DNA from: Clostridia bacterium
GTDB taxonomy: Bacteria > Bacillota > Clostridia > UBA1381 > UBA9506
Reading direction: 5' to 3'
Assembly: GCA_017415145.1 (NCBI GenBank)
Contig: JAFQJE010000008.1
Span: 3,771 to 67,770 of the forward strand
DNA: 64,000 bases
The position numbers and the translations under genes were made by a program. Positions within the stretch are counted from its first letter, which is position 1. The number at the start of each line of letters is the position of its first letter. The notes below the pieces were generated by a model, which saw only the letters and a program-made list of their open reading frames with translations, was not told where the DNA came from and ran no database searches. Shown here piece after piece: positions 31,146-40,424 of this stretch.

Positions 31146-33130
31146 ATTGCATCCACCTCCGCTATAATCTGTGAGTTTGCAAATCCCTTAAGGTCCATAG
31201 CACCGGAAGGACAAGCAACTGTACAAGCACCGCAACCCTGACAAACCGCAGGATTAACAGATGCAACACGTCTTATCTTTGTTGTTCTGTTGGGCATACG
31301 GAATTCTTTATCCTCGTATGTGATAGCACCATAAGGACAAACCCTTTCACATGAAGAACAACCATTACACATTAATTCATTTGAATGTGCAACACAGGGG
31401 TTACCTGTAAGCTTATCTTTAGCGAGTAATCCGATAACTTTTGATGCTGCAGCACCCGCCTGAGAAACTGTTTCAGGAATGTCTTTGGGACCCTGACATG
31501 CACCTGACAGGAACACACCTGCGGTGGGGCTTTCAACAGGACGAAGTTTGGGATGTGCTTCTGTAAAGAAATCGTTTGTATCCATACTTGCTGTAAGCAT
31601 TGTAGCCAAAGGACGAGCTGACTTGTCAGGCTCAATTGCTGCAGCTAGAACGACAAGATCTGCATCAATATGAAGCTGCTTGTTTGAAAGCAGGTCTGAT
31701 GCCTGAACCTTTAACTTGTCACCCTCAGGTGTTACTTTGCCTACCATACCCTTAATGTATTTAACACCGAACTCTTCTACTGCTCTTCTGTAGAATTCAT
31801 CGAAGTTCTTACCAGGTGTTCTTACATCTATATAGAATACGTAAACATCTGTGTCGGGATACTTATCACGAGTAAGCATCGCGTGCTTTGCTGTGTACAT
31901 ACAACAAATCTTTGAGCAATATTCCTTACCTTTTTCGCTACATGCGTCACATCTTGAACCTACACACTGAACAAATACGATTGTCTTGGGAGACTTACCA
32001 TCTGAGGGTCTCTCCAAATGTCCAGCTGTAGGACCGGCCGCATTTGTAAGACGTTCAAATTCCAAAGATGTAATAACGTCTTTTGACTGGTTGTATGCAA
32101 ATTCATCGAATTTTTCCATACTGATAGGATTAAAGCCTGTTGCAACTACGATTGCACCGTACTTTTCTTCGATTATTTCGTCTTTCTGTGTGTAGTCAAT
32201 TGCACCTGCAGCACAAACTCTTGCACAAAGACCGCACTTGCCGTTTTTCAACATATTACAAGCATTGGGGTCAATTGTAGCAACCTTTGGAACTGCCTGA
32301 GCAAAAGGAATATAGATTGCAGGGCGGTTGTCCATACCAAGGTTAAACTCGTTGGGGTTTTTCTTCATAGGACACTTGTCAACACAAGCACCGCAGCCTG
32401 TACAGATATCTTCTTTAACGTAGCGAGCTTTTTTCTTGATTTTTACATCAAAGTTACCCACAAAGCCGCCAACCTCTTCTACCTCACTGTATGAGAAGAT
32501 TCGGATTTTTTCATTCTGCGCAACATCAACCATCTTAGGTGTTAAGATACAAGCAGCACAGTCAAGTGTGGGGAATGTTTTATCAAGCTGTGCCATCTTA
32601 CCGCCGATAGTAGGTTTTGTTTCTACTATATCAACGGGGAAACCAGCATCTGCAATATCCAAAGCTGTCTGAATACCTGCAATACCGCCGCCGATAACTA
32701 AAGCACGCTTTGTAACAGGTGATTCACCGGGTGTTAAAGGTGTGTTTAAGTTTACCTTGGCAACTGCAGCTTTACCTAATATAATTGCCTTTTCGGTACC
32801 TGTTGTCATATCTTTGTGTACCCATGAGCACTGCTCTCTTATGTTTGCAATCTCAACCATGTAAGGATTAAGTCCCGCTGCTGCTGCAGTTTTTCTGAAT
32901 GTCGCCTCGTGCATACGGGGTGAACATGAGCACACAACAATACCTGTTAGGTTGTGCTCTGCAATTGCATTCTTGATTATATCCTGTCCTGCCTGAGAAC
33001 ACATATATTGATAGTCGGTGGAAAAGACCACGCCGGGTTCGTTCTTTAAAGCTTCTGCCACAGCGGCCACATCAACTGTACCTGCGATATTACTTCCGCA
33101 CCAACATACGAATACGCCAACTCTCTGCAT
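31136..33130 (-). CDS. hdrA: Heterodisulfide reductase subunit A (electron-bifurcating flavoprotein)
   Basis: GVFVCWCGSNI, CSCSPRMHE, NIREQCSWVH, GGGIAG, LDKTFPTLDCAACILTP, inserted ferredoxin, QCVGSR, YCSKICCMYTAK, GPKDIP and a C-terminal ferredoxin. Confidence 0.96.
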   Translation of the reverse strand: MQRVGVFVCWCGSNIAGTVDVAAVAEALKNEPGVVFSTDYQYMCSQAGQDIIKNAIAEHNLTGIVVCSCSPRMHEATFRKTAAAAGLNPYMVEIANIREQCSWVHKDMTTGTEKAIILGKAAVAKVNLNTPLTPGESPVTKRALVIGGGIAGIQTALDIADAGFPVDIVETKPTIGGKMAQLDKTFPTLDCAACILTPKMVDVAQNEKIRIFSYSEVEEVGGFVGNFDVKIKKKARYVKEDICTGCGACVDKCPMKKNPNEFNLGMDNRPAIYIPFAQAVPKVATIDPNACNMLKNGKCGLCARVCAAGAIDYTQKDEIIEEKYGAIVVATGFNPISMEKFDEFAYNQSKDVITSLEFERLTNAAGPTAGHLERPSDGKSPKTIVFVQCVGSRCDACSEKGKEYCSKICCMYTAKHAMLTRDKYPDTDVYVFYIDVRTPGKNFDEFYRRAVEEFGVKYIKGMVGKVTPEGDKLKVQASDLLSNKQLHIDADLVVLAAAIEPDKSARPLATMLTASMDTNDFFTEAHPKLRPVESPTAGVFLSGACQGPKDIPETVSQAGAAASKVIGLLAKDKLTGNPCVAHSNELMCNGCSSCERVCPYGAITYEDKEFRMPNRTTKIRRVASVNPAVCQGCGACTVACPSGAMDLKGFANSQIIAEVDAICK

Positions 33131-33145
33131 TTTGTCCTTTCCTCC

Positions 33146-33532
33146 TTATTTTGTATATTTTCTGAACGCACTGACGAGTAACTGTTGAGGAGTTTCATCG
33201 TCAATTAGTTCTGGAATATCGTTTGCCGTTAAATGGTTTTTTCCCTGCTGTCTTACTACAGCCAAGCGTACTGCTTCTACAAGCTTTGCAGGCTGAACAC
33301 TTCTGGGGCATCTGTCGATACAAGCAAAGCAAGACAAGCATCTATACAACGATTTTGAATTCATGAGCGGTTCAATGTCGCCGTTTTCTACCATGCTCAC
33401 AAACTGATGAGGATGATATTCCATCTCATCGTATGCAGGACATGTTGCAGAACATTTGCCACATTTCATACATTTCTTCGGATTCACTCCGCTCGAGCGA
33501 AGGATTTCTTCCTGAATAAAATTCTTATTCAT
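33146..33532 (-). CDS. hdrC: Heterodisulfide reductase subunit C
   Basis: CMKCGKCSATCP and CLSCFACIDRCP; between hdrB and hdrA. Confidence 0.9.
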   Translation of the reverse strand: MNKNFIQEEILRSSGVNPKKCMKCGKCSATCPAYDEMEYHPHQFVSMVENGDIEPLMNSKSLYRCLSCFACIDRCPRSVQPAKLVEAVRLAVVRQQGKNHLTANDIPELIDDETPQQLLVSAFRKYTK

Positions 33533-34322
33533 TTGTATCCTCCTTTACTCCCAGTGCTTCTGCTAGAACTTCCGTGAAATAAACTACAGGAATTTCAGCA
33601 CCGTTTTTGATGAGGTTATATTTGCAAAGGGGACATGCGGTAATAATCATATCAGCACCTGCAGCCACAGCGTTTTTAACTACAGCATTGCTCTTATTTG
33701 CCGCTAAATCCGGACTTTCCATTGAAATATAACCACCACAACACTCATTACGCATCGCATACAACACAGGTGTAGCACCAATTGCACGAATGAAATTCTC
33801 CATAATTTGAGGATTTTCAGGGTCGTCCATCTGCATTACACCATTAGGACGAAGCAAAAGGCAACCGTAATAAGCTGCGATTTTTTTGCCCGAAAGGGCA
33901 TTTACTACCTTTTCCTTTAAAGCGTCAAAACCAACTAAATCACGAAGCATTTCAAGATAGTGATACACTTGTGTTTCGCCTGTGTAAAGGCTCTCTTCTG
34001 CCATATAATTGTTTACCTTAGTGGCAAAATCAGAGTCCGTTTGCATTGCATGGTTTGTCTGCTTAATTACATTGTGACAAGCTGAACAAACTGACACTAA
34101 AGGCTGTTCTTTTGCCGCAGCGTCTTTTAACGCACGAACAGAAGAAAGCTTTGTAGCAATTTCGTTTTTGGCAGTAGTGAAAACACCGCCGCAGCATTGC
34201 CAGTCTTGGATTTCTTCCAGAGTGATACCTAAAACTTCAGCCGACTTGCGAGCGTACTCGTCTAAGTCTTTCGCTTTGTTTTTTAAGGTACATCCCGGGA
34301 AATAACTTACCTTCATTCTCAT
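33525..34322 (-). CDS. hdrB: Heterodisulfide reductase subunit B (two CCG domains)
   Basis: YFPGC...WQCCGG...CSAC and YYGCLLLRP...ECCGG...TACPLC. Confidence 0.92.
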   Translation of the reverse strand: MRMKVSYFPGCTLKNKAKDLDEYARKSAEVLGITLEEIQDWQCCGGVFTTAKNEIATKLSSVRALKDAAAKEQPLVSVCSACHNVIKQTNHAMQTDSDFATKVNNYMAEESLYTGETQVYHYLEMLRDLVGFDALKEKVVNALSGKKIAAYYGCLLLRPNGVMQMDDPENPQIMENFIRAIGATPVLYAMRNECCGGYISMESPDLAANKSNAVVKNAVAAGADMIITACPLCKYNLIKNGAEIPVVYFTEVLAEALGVKEDTNE

Positions 34323-34330
34323 ACCTCCGT

Positions 34331-35710
34331 TTATACCATTTCTTCCGGATGGAATACTTCGTCAAATTTTTCTGCTGTTAAGAAGCCCAACTCTACACAA
34401 GCTTCCTTTAAAGATATGTTGTCTTTAAAAGCTTTCTTTGCAGTTTTTGCTGCATTTTCATAGCCAATGTAGGGGTTTAGTGCCGTAACAAGCATTAATG
34501 AGTTGTGCAGATTGTGATGCATTTTTTCTTTGTTTGCAACTATTCCAACTGCACAGTTTTTATTAAATGAAACTATAGCCTCAGCTAAAAGTCGTGCTGA
34601 CTGTAAGAAGTTGTAAACACACACAGGCATAAACACGTTAAGCTCGAAGTTACCCTGAGATGCCGCCATACCTACCGCAACATCATTACCCATAACCTGA
34701 ACTGCCACCATTGTTACTGCTTCGCACTGTGTGGGGTTTACTTTACCGGGCATAATTGATGAACCTGGTTCGTTTTCAGGAATAAAGATTTCACCAAGAC
34801 CGTCTCTTGGACCAGAGGCTAACCATCTGATATCATTTGCAATCTTCATCATATCACAAGCCAGTGCTTTTATTGCACCATGAGCGAACACAAACTCATC
34901 TTTAGAAGTTAATGCATGGAATTTGTTTTTCGCTGTAACAAAAGGTTTTCCTGTTATCTTGCCCACTTCTTCTGCAACACGCTCTGCAAAGCCGGCAGGT
35001 GCATTAAGTCCTGTGCCTACTGCAGTACCGCCGAGTGCAAGCTCAAGTAATGGCTCTAAAGAACGGCGGATAAGTTCGACATCTTTTTCAAGGCTTGAAC
35101 GCCATCCGCTGATTTCCTGGCTGAATGTAATGGGTGTTGCATCCTGAAGGTGTGTTCTTCCGCTCTTTACAATTCCTTCATTTTCTTTTTCAAGTCTTTT
35201 AAAGGTTTCGATGAGTTCGCAAGCTGCGGGAATAAGCTTATCCTCTAATATCAATACTGCTGCAATATGCATCGCAGTAGGAAATGTGTCATTTGACGAT
35301 TGACTCATATTTGAGTCGTCATTGGGATGAAGCAAATTTTTTCCTATAATCTGGTTTCCACGGTTTGCAATTACCTCATTTGCATTCATGTTTGACTGTG
35401 TGCCTGAGCCTGTCTGCCAAACAACCAACGGGAAATTATCATTTAATTTTCCTGCCATAATTTCATCGCAGGCAGCAGAAATCGCCTTTAACTTTTCGTC
35501 TGTCATTTTTTCAGGACGAAGAACGTTATTTGTTATTGCTGCAGCCTTTTTTAAAACTCCGAATGCATGGATGATTTCTTTTGGCATTGTTTCGATACCA
35601 ACACCAATTTCAAAGTTTTCGTGACTTCTTTGAGTTTGAGCTGCCCAAAGGCAATCAGCAGGAACCTTTACTTCTCCCATGGAATCATGTTCAATACGGT
35701 ATTCCATCAT
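34331..35710 (-). CDS. fumC: Class II fumarate hydratase
   Basis: VWQTGSGTQSNMN, SQSSNDTFPT, GRTHLQDATP and GSSIMPGKVNPTQCEA (fumarase-type, not aspartase-type). Confidence 0.96.
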   Translation of the reverse strand: MMEYRIEHDSMGEVKVPADCLWAAQTQRSHENFEIGVGIETMPKEIIHAFGVLKKAAAITNNVLRPEKMTDEKLKAISAACDEIMAGKLNDNFPLVVWQTGSGTQSNMNANEVIANRGNQIIGKNLLHPNDDSNMSQSSNDTFPTAMHIAAVLILEDKLIPAACELIETFKRLEKENEGIVKSGRTHLQDATPITFSQEISGWRSSLEKDVELIRRSLEPLLELALGGTAVGTGLNAPAGFAERVAEEVGKITGKPFVTAKNKFHALTSKDEFVFAHGAIKALACDMMKIANDIRWLASGPRDGLGEIFIPENEPGSSIMPGKVNPTQCEAVTMVAVQVMGNDVAVGMAASQGNFELNVFMPVCVYNFLQSARLLAEAIVSFNKNCAVGIVANKEKMHHNLHNSLMLVTALNPYIGYENAAKTAKKAFKDNISLKEACVELGFLTAEKFDEVFHPEEMV

Positions 35711-35732
35711 CTTACTCCCTTTCTGATTTGTG

Positions 35733-36674
35733 TTATATTTCTATACTGTTAATTACTTCTTTTAAGCTTTCTGCACTCTTGTGAAGAGCACGAACTTCTT
35801 CCTCAGTTAAAGGAAGCATTATTTTTGTATGAGCACCATTTTCTCCAACAATGTTTAAAAGACTTAAGCATACATCTTCTATACCGTATTCACCGTGAAG
35901 CATTGTAGATACTGTGAGAGTTGTATCGATACCACTCAACAAGCACTTACAAATATGGCATACAGACATAGATACCGCATAGAATGTTGCACCTTTGCGC
36001 TGGATCACACTCGCACCTGATTTTCTAACATATTCTTCAATTTCATCCTTATCAAGTTCAGGATATTCTCCTGCGTTTAAAACTGCATTGTGGAAATCTT
36101 CTATGGGAACATTTGAAATGTTTGCAACAGACCACGGAACAAAAGCAGAATCGCCGTGTTCTCCCAAAACGTATGCGTGCACATTTTTCTGGTTTACAGA
36201 ATAATATTCTGCAACTCTTGCACGAAGACGAGCTGTATCTAAAATTGTACCTGAACCAATGACACGTTCTTCCGGAATTCCTGTGTATTTGCAAAAAACA
36301 TATGTCAATATATCCACAGGATTACTTACAATAACATATGTTGCATCAGGAGCATGTTTTACAATCTGGTCAGCAACTGATTTTAAAATATTTACATTTG
36401 TCTGTGCAAGATCCAATCTTGACTGTCCGGGCTTTCTTGCTACACCAGAAGTAATTATCACAATATCTGAACCCTCAGCATCTTCATAATCGCCTGCATA
36501 TACTATTGAAGGGTTGCAAAAAGGAATACCCTGTCTGATATCAAGAGCTTCGCCAATAGCTTTTTCTCCATTAATATCAATCATAACAATTTCTGATGCA
36601 AGACCCATTACTGTTAATGAATATGCAATTGTTGAACCTACGCTGCCTGAACCGATTACTGTGATTTTGTTCAT
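35733..36674 (-). CDS. mdh: LDH-like malate dehydrogenase
   Basis: GSGSVG, VSNPVD, SGTILDTAR and LGEHGDS. The specificity loop GVARKPGQSRLDL has Arg (MDH) rather than Gln (LDH); directly upstream of fumC. Confidence 0.75.
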   Translation of the reverse strand: MNKITVIGSGSVGSTIAYSLTVMGLASEIVMIDINGEKAIGEALDIRQGIPFCNPSIVYAGDYEDAEGSDIVIITSGVARKPGQSRLDLAQTNVNILKSVADQIVKHAPDATYVIVSNPVDILTYVFCKYTGIPEERVIGSGTILDTARLRARVAEYYSVNQKNVHAYVLGEHGDSAFVPWSVANISNVPIEDFHNAVLNAGEYPELDKDEIEEYVRKSGASVIQRKGATFYAVSMSVCHICKCLLSGIDTTLTVSTMLHGEYGIEDVCLSLLNIVGENGAHTKIMLPLTEEEVRALHKSAESLKEVINSIEI

Positions 36675-36709
36675 GAAAATAACCTCTCTTTTTAAGGAAT
36701 TTGAAGAGA

Positions 36710-36727
36710 TTGTCTAAAATTTAACAA
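36710..36727. promoter_or_regulatory. Putative Rex operator
   Basis: TTGTCTAAAATTTAACAA versus the clostridial Rex consensus TTGTTAANNNNTTAACAA (2 mismatches); lies in the mdh 5' UTR. Confidence 0.65.
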
Positions 36728-36760
36728 TCTTTTCTGCACCTAAAACCATATACCTTATAT

Positions 36761-36789
36761 ATTATAATACGTTCTTCTACATTTTTCAA
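36761..36789 (-). promoter_or_regulatory. Sigma-A promoter of the mdh-fumC-hdr-flx-frd operon
   Basis: TTGAAA-N17-TATAAT on the minus strand. Confidence 0.75.
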
Positions 36790-36831
36790 GAGTAAATTTC
36801 GTTTTTTTGACAAATATTTTGCTTTTTACAT

Positions 36832-36870
36832 AAAATAAAAGCAGTAGTTTTAAAACTACTGCTTTTATTT
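36832..36870 (-). terminator. Terminator after the ytxC-like gene
   Basis: AATAAAAGCAGTAGTTT...AAACTACTGCTTTTATT; insulates the downstream operon. Confidence 0.8.
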
Positions 36871-37635
36871 ATATTCAACCTTTTCAAAAACCTTCTCTAT
36901 TGTTTCAAAAAGTTCTTTATTTTTTATATTTTCTTTATTTTCAACCACTATCTTTTCTGGGGCTAAAGTTATGAGAATACTTATAAGCAAATCGTCATAA
37001 CCTTCACACCTCATGTCCTCAGGAGAGACAAACTCCGACAGACACCTGTTGGTTATATCCTGTCTTTTTTGGTTTAATATCGTATACATTCCGTATCTGT
37101 TTACAATCAGGTATATAACATCAGGCCGTGCATCCTGCACGCTGACAAAATATCTTAAAAGCTCGATAAAATCATCATACTCACGGTTGAGATAATATAT
37201 GTCAACCAAATCCTCGCTCAGGGCGTTGAGAATTTTTTCATATTCATAAAATCTGAAATTTACCATGCCCTCAACATTGCAGTTTGTATTCTCCTCAAAG
37301 TATCCTTTTAGAATTTTTTCAACTACCTCTGTTCTCTCCTTATTTTCTCTGTCATCTTTTGTCTTTACTATTTCATTTACGGTATACACAGGGATATCAG
37401 GATAGTTTTTTTGTATTATTCTTTTTAGAATTTTAGCCTCGTATCTTTCAATTATATATTTAGCCAATGCTTTAATATATTTGTCATATTCTAAAGGGTT
37501 CGAAAAGTCTACCACCGCATAGGTATATTTTTCATCGTAAAATACAGTTTTTATAGGAAATTCTCTTTGGGATACTATTTTCTGATTTGCCAGAGCTTTA
37601 TCCTTTCGAAAACTTACTCTTATCAGGTTATTCAA
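36865..37635 (-). CDS. YtxC-like putative sporulation protein
   Basis: NVEGMVNFR...EYDDFIELLRYFVSVQ...DDLLISILITLAPEKI pattern. Confidence 0.8.
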   Translation of the reverse strand: MNNLIRVSFRKDKALANQKIVSQREFPIKTVFYDEKYTYAVVDFSNPLEYDKYIKALAKYIIERYEAKILKRIIQKNYPDIPVYTVNEIVKTKDDRENKERTEVVEKILKGYFEENTNCNVEGMVNFRFYEYEKILNALSEDLVDIYYLNREYDDFIELLRYFVSVQDARPDVIYLIVNRYGMYTILNQKRQDITNRCLSEFVSPEDMRCEGYDDLLISILITLAPEKIVVENKENIKNKELFETIEKVFEKVEYK

Positions 37636-37686
37636 AATTACACCTCATTGATTTCGTTTCGAAAATATTATCTGCGGTATTTTGAA

Positions 37687-38352
37687 TTAAATACTAAAAA
37701 TTGTACCGATGTCAGTAAGAGGAAAATCATCAAAATATTCACACTTGCTAAAGCTTTTAATTTTTTCAAAATCAGGGTGCTTGCTCACATCACCAAAAAA
37801 TAAAAATTTGCCGTCAACAATGCCTGACGCTCCGCCTATAAAACCGTAATCATACCCTATCAATTTCACATGTCCCGATGTTATTTTTAAAGCTGGCACA
37901 TCGTTCCTGCAGCATTCTTTATAAATGCTTTCGTCTGCAGTAATTATTCCACTGTTACACACTGCAGCAGAGCATTTTGCGTAACCCTGACTAACATTTA
38001 TAAGCTTTATATTTCTTTTGCTCAATTCTTTTTTCACTACTGCATCTGTGCACTCTGCCTTCGCAAATGCAAGGTTTTTATACACCAATACATTATATGC
38101 GATGTCACGCGGATAGTGAGGGGAAAGCTCAGTATTGCCACAAATTACTTTGCTCCCCAAATACCCTTTATAATAGCTGTAGCTATCAGGACTGCAGACA
38201 AACACATCTTCTATTTGTGTCAAAGTCATATCAGGATGACAACTGACAGGTTTTTGTATTTTTTCGCATTCAAAAGATGGGATAATTTCGTGTTCACTAC
38301 CCCATTTTGAAATCGCCGTATCTGTAAATTCTCTATTGATTATTATAGTCAT
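37687..38352 (-). CDS. DUF6873-like (GME/amidinotransferase-fold) protein
   Basis: HPDM, YPRDIAYN, VSQGYAKCS, ITAD, GYDYGFIGG and LTDIG. Confidence 0.7.
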   Translation of the reverse strand: MTIIINREFTDTAISKWGSEHEIIPSFECEKIQKPVSCHPDMTLTQIEDVFVCSPDSYSYYKGYLGSKVICGNTELSPHYPRDIAYNVLVYKNLAFAKAECTDAVVKKELSKRNIKLINVSQGYAKCSAAVCNSGIITADESIYKECCRNDVPALKITSGHVKLIGYDYGFIGGASGIVDGKFLFFGDVSKHPDFEKIKSFSKCEYFDDFPLTDIGTIFSI

Positions 38353-38439
38353 GATTTCCTCTTGTTTTATTTTTTAATTTTTGATATAATTATTTTATCA
38401 AGTATTGTTAAAAAAATCAACTTAAGGAGAAAAAATATT

Positions 38440-38979
38440 ATGGTATATGTATTTTTAGCTGATGGTTTTGAAGAAATCGAAGCGTTGGGAACTGTAGATA
38501 TTCTGCGTCGCAGCGAATTAGATGTTAAAACTGTTTCAATTAACGAAACTTTAGAAGTTTGTGGAACTCACGGAATAAAAGTATTTGCTGATATTTTAAC
38601 AGATGAAGTAAAGGAAGATGAAGTTGACGCTATCGTTCTTCCCGGTGGGCTTCCCGGTGCTGACAATTTGGAAAACTGCAAGTTTGTCACCGATTTAATT
38701 ACAAAAGCAAACAGTGAGAAAAAAATAATTGCAGCAATCTGTGCTGCACCAAAAATTCCAGGTGTAATGGGACTTTTAAATGGTCTGCACGCTACCTGTT
38801 ACCCCGGTTTTGAAGGAAAACTATTCAGTGCAAAAACGTCACACAAGCGTTTGGTATGCGATAAAAACTTTATAACAGCTAAAGGTGCAGGTGTAACAGA
38901 CGAATTTGCTATTGCCATTGCTGCGGCACTAGGTAAAGGCATTGCTGCAAAGCGTGCAGTAAAAGGAATGTTTTATTAA
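38440..38979 (+). CDS. DJ-1/PfpI (ThiJ/YajL-like) protein
   Basis: LADGFEEIEA, VLPGGLPG, AAICAAP and ATCYPGFE. Confidence 0.92.
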   Translation: MVYVFLADGFEEIEALGTVDILRRSELDVKTVSINETLEVCGTHGIKVFADILTDEVKEDEVDAIVLPGGLPGADNLENCKFVTDLITKANSEKKIIAAICAAPKIPGVMGLLNGLHATCYPGFEGKLFSAKTSHKRLVCDKNFITAKGAGVTDEFAIAIAAALGKGIAAKRAVKGMFY

Positions 38980-39029
38980 ACTTCATAATAATATAGATAA
39001 CAACTGATTTATTTAGAAAGGTCGTCTTT

Positions 39030-40166
39030 ATGAAAAAGTTGTTATCTTTATTTTTGTGCATTTGTTTTTTTGTTCCCGTACTCCCCGTATCTGCTGAGGC
39101 ACCCTTGGAGCTTTCAGCAAAATCCGCTCTTTTAATGGAGAGCTCAACAGGAAAGATTCTCTTTGAAAAGGCTTCTCATGAGGCTCTTCCCCCTGCAAGT
39201 GTAACCAAAATCATGACTATGCTCTTAGTTATGGAAGCATTAGACTGCGGTCAATATACCTTGGATGATTTAGTGCCTGTTTCTGCGCACGCAGCATCTA
39301 TGGGCGGCTCACAAGTATTTTTGGAAGAAAATGAACAGATGAGTGTTCACGATATGTTAAAGGCCGTTGCCGTTGCATCAGGTAATGATGCTGCAGTAGC
39401 ATTAGCTGAATTTACAGCAGGCTCACATCAGGGATTTGTAGATAAGATGAACCAACGTGCAAAAGAGCTTGGTATGAACGACACAAATTTTATCAACTGC
39501 AATGGTTTAGATGAAGCAGGTCACGTAACATCTGCCAATGATATTGCCCTGATGTCTCGTGAGATTATGCGTCACCCTAAGATTTTTGAATACACAACTA
39601 TCTGGATGGATTCTCTGCGCAATGGCTCTTTTGGTCTTGTAAATACAAATAAGCTCGTGCGTTTTTATCAGGGAGCAACAGGATTAAAAACCGGTTCTAC
39701 AAGCGTTGCAGGCTTTTGTATTTCCGCTACTGCAAAGCGTGATAACATGGATCTAATTGCAGTAGTTATGGGTGCTCCCACATCTAAGGAGAGATTTGCC
39801 GATGCCACAAAAATGCTTGACTACGGTTTTGCTAATTACGGCATTTGCTCATCCTTAGTTAAAGATGACGAGCTTGCTCCGTTAACTGTAAAAAAAGGTA
39901 TTGAAGATACAGTGGAAATTGGTCTTGCCGAGGGCTTTTCACTCCTTATGGAAAAGAGTAAAATTGCCAATATGGAAAAGACGATTTCGCTTCCTGACCA
40001 CGTGGGAGCACCCATTCACAAAAATCACAAAGTGGGATATGTAGAGTTTTTCTCAGAAGGCAAGTCTGTAGGTAAATGTGATATAGTAGCCAAAAAAGAT
40101 ATTAAAGCTGAAAACCCTTGGGGCATGATGAAACGAATTGCAAGCTATTATTTCCATGGAAAATAA
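39030..40166 (+). CDS. dacF: D-alanyl-D-alanine carboxypeptidase, DacF type
   Basis: Signal peptide; PASVTKIM (SxxK), SGND and GLKTG; LVNTNKLVRFY is typical of DacF. Confidence 0.85.
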   Translation: MKKLLSLFLCICFFVPVLPVSAEAPLELSAKSALLMESSTGKILFEKASHEALPPASVTKIMTMLLVMEALDCGQYTLDDLVPVSAHAASMGGSQVFLEENEQMSVHDMLKAVAVASGNDAAVALAEFTAGSHQGFVDKMNQRAKELGMNDTNFINCNGLDEAGHVTSANDIALMSREIMRHPKIFEYTTIWMDSLRNGSFGLVNTNKLVRFYQGATGLKTGSTSVAGFCISATAKRDNMDLIAVVMGAPTSKERFADATKMLDYGFANYGICSSLVKDDELAPLTVKKGIEDTVEIGLAEGFSLLMEKSKIANMEKTISLPDHVGAPIHKNHKVGYVEFFSEGKSVGKCDIVAKKDIKAENPWGMMKRIASYYFHGK

Positions 40167-40168
40167 AC

Positions 40169-40423
40169 AAGGGGATGTTTAAATTCTCCATACCGCAAAA
40201 AGGCAATAATGATACGAGATTAAATGAATTAAAATTCTTTAAAGAAGTTTTATTTTGTTGAAAAATCTAATTTTATTAGATTTTTCTTAAAATTTAAGCC
40301 TTTTTGCTACGAACAAACTTCGCCTCTCGGCGTACCACCGTACGCCTTCGGGTAACCCAGCGAAGCCTTAAAAGGACTTTGCCAGCTCAGTTTGTCCGTT
40401 CTGAAAAATTTCTCCTATCCCCT
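40169..40423. repeat. Structured intergenic element (possible non-autonomous mobile element or ncRNA)
   Basis: Short terminal IR AGGGGAT/ATCCCCT, an 11-bp hairpin at 40260-40286, and a GC-rich multi-stem core at 40310-40398. Confidence 0.45.
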
Positions 40424-40424
40424 G

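Noticed and set aside
27875-33130. Anaerobic sulfite reductase (AsrABC), a hydrogenase, or a methanogenesis/sulfate-reduction marker
   Set aside because: No siroheme AsrC, no NiFe or FeFe catalytic subunit, and no mcr or dsr genes in the window; the order after hdrA matches flxDCBA.
30711-33130. Selenocysteine recoding in HdrA or MvhD
   Set aside because: Both ORFs are continuous, with Cys at the relevant motifs and no in-frame TGA.
34331-35710. Aspartase rather than fumarase
   Set aside because: The signature GKVNPTQCEA and VWQTGSGTQSNMN are fumarase-type.
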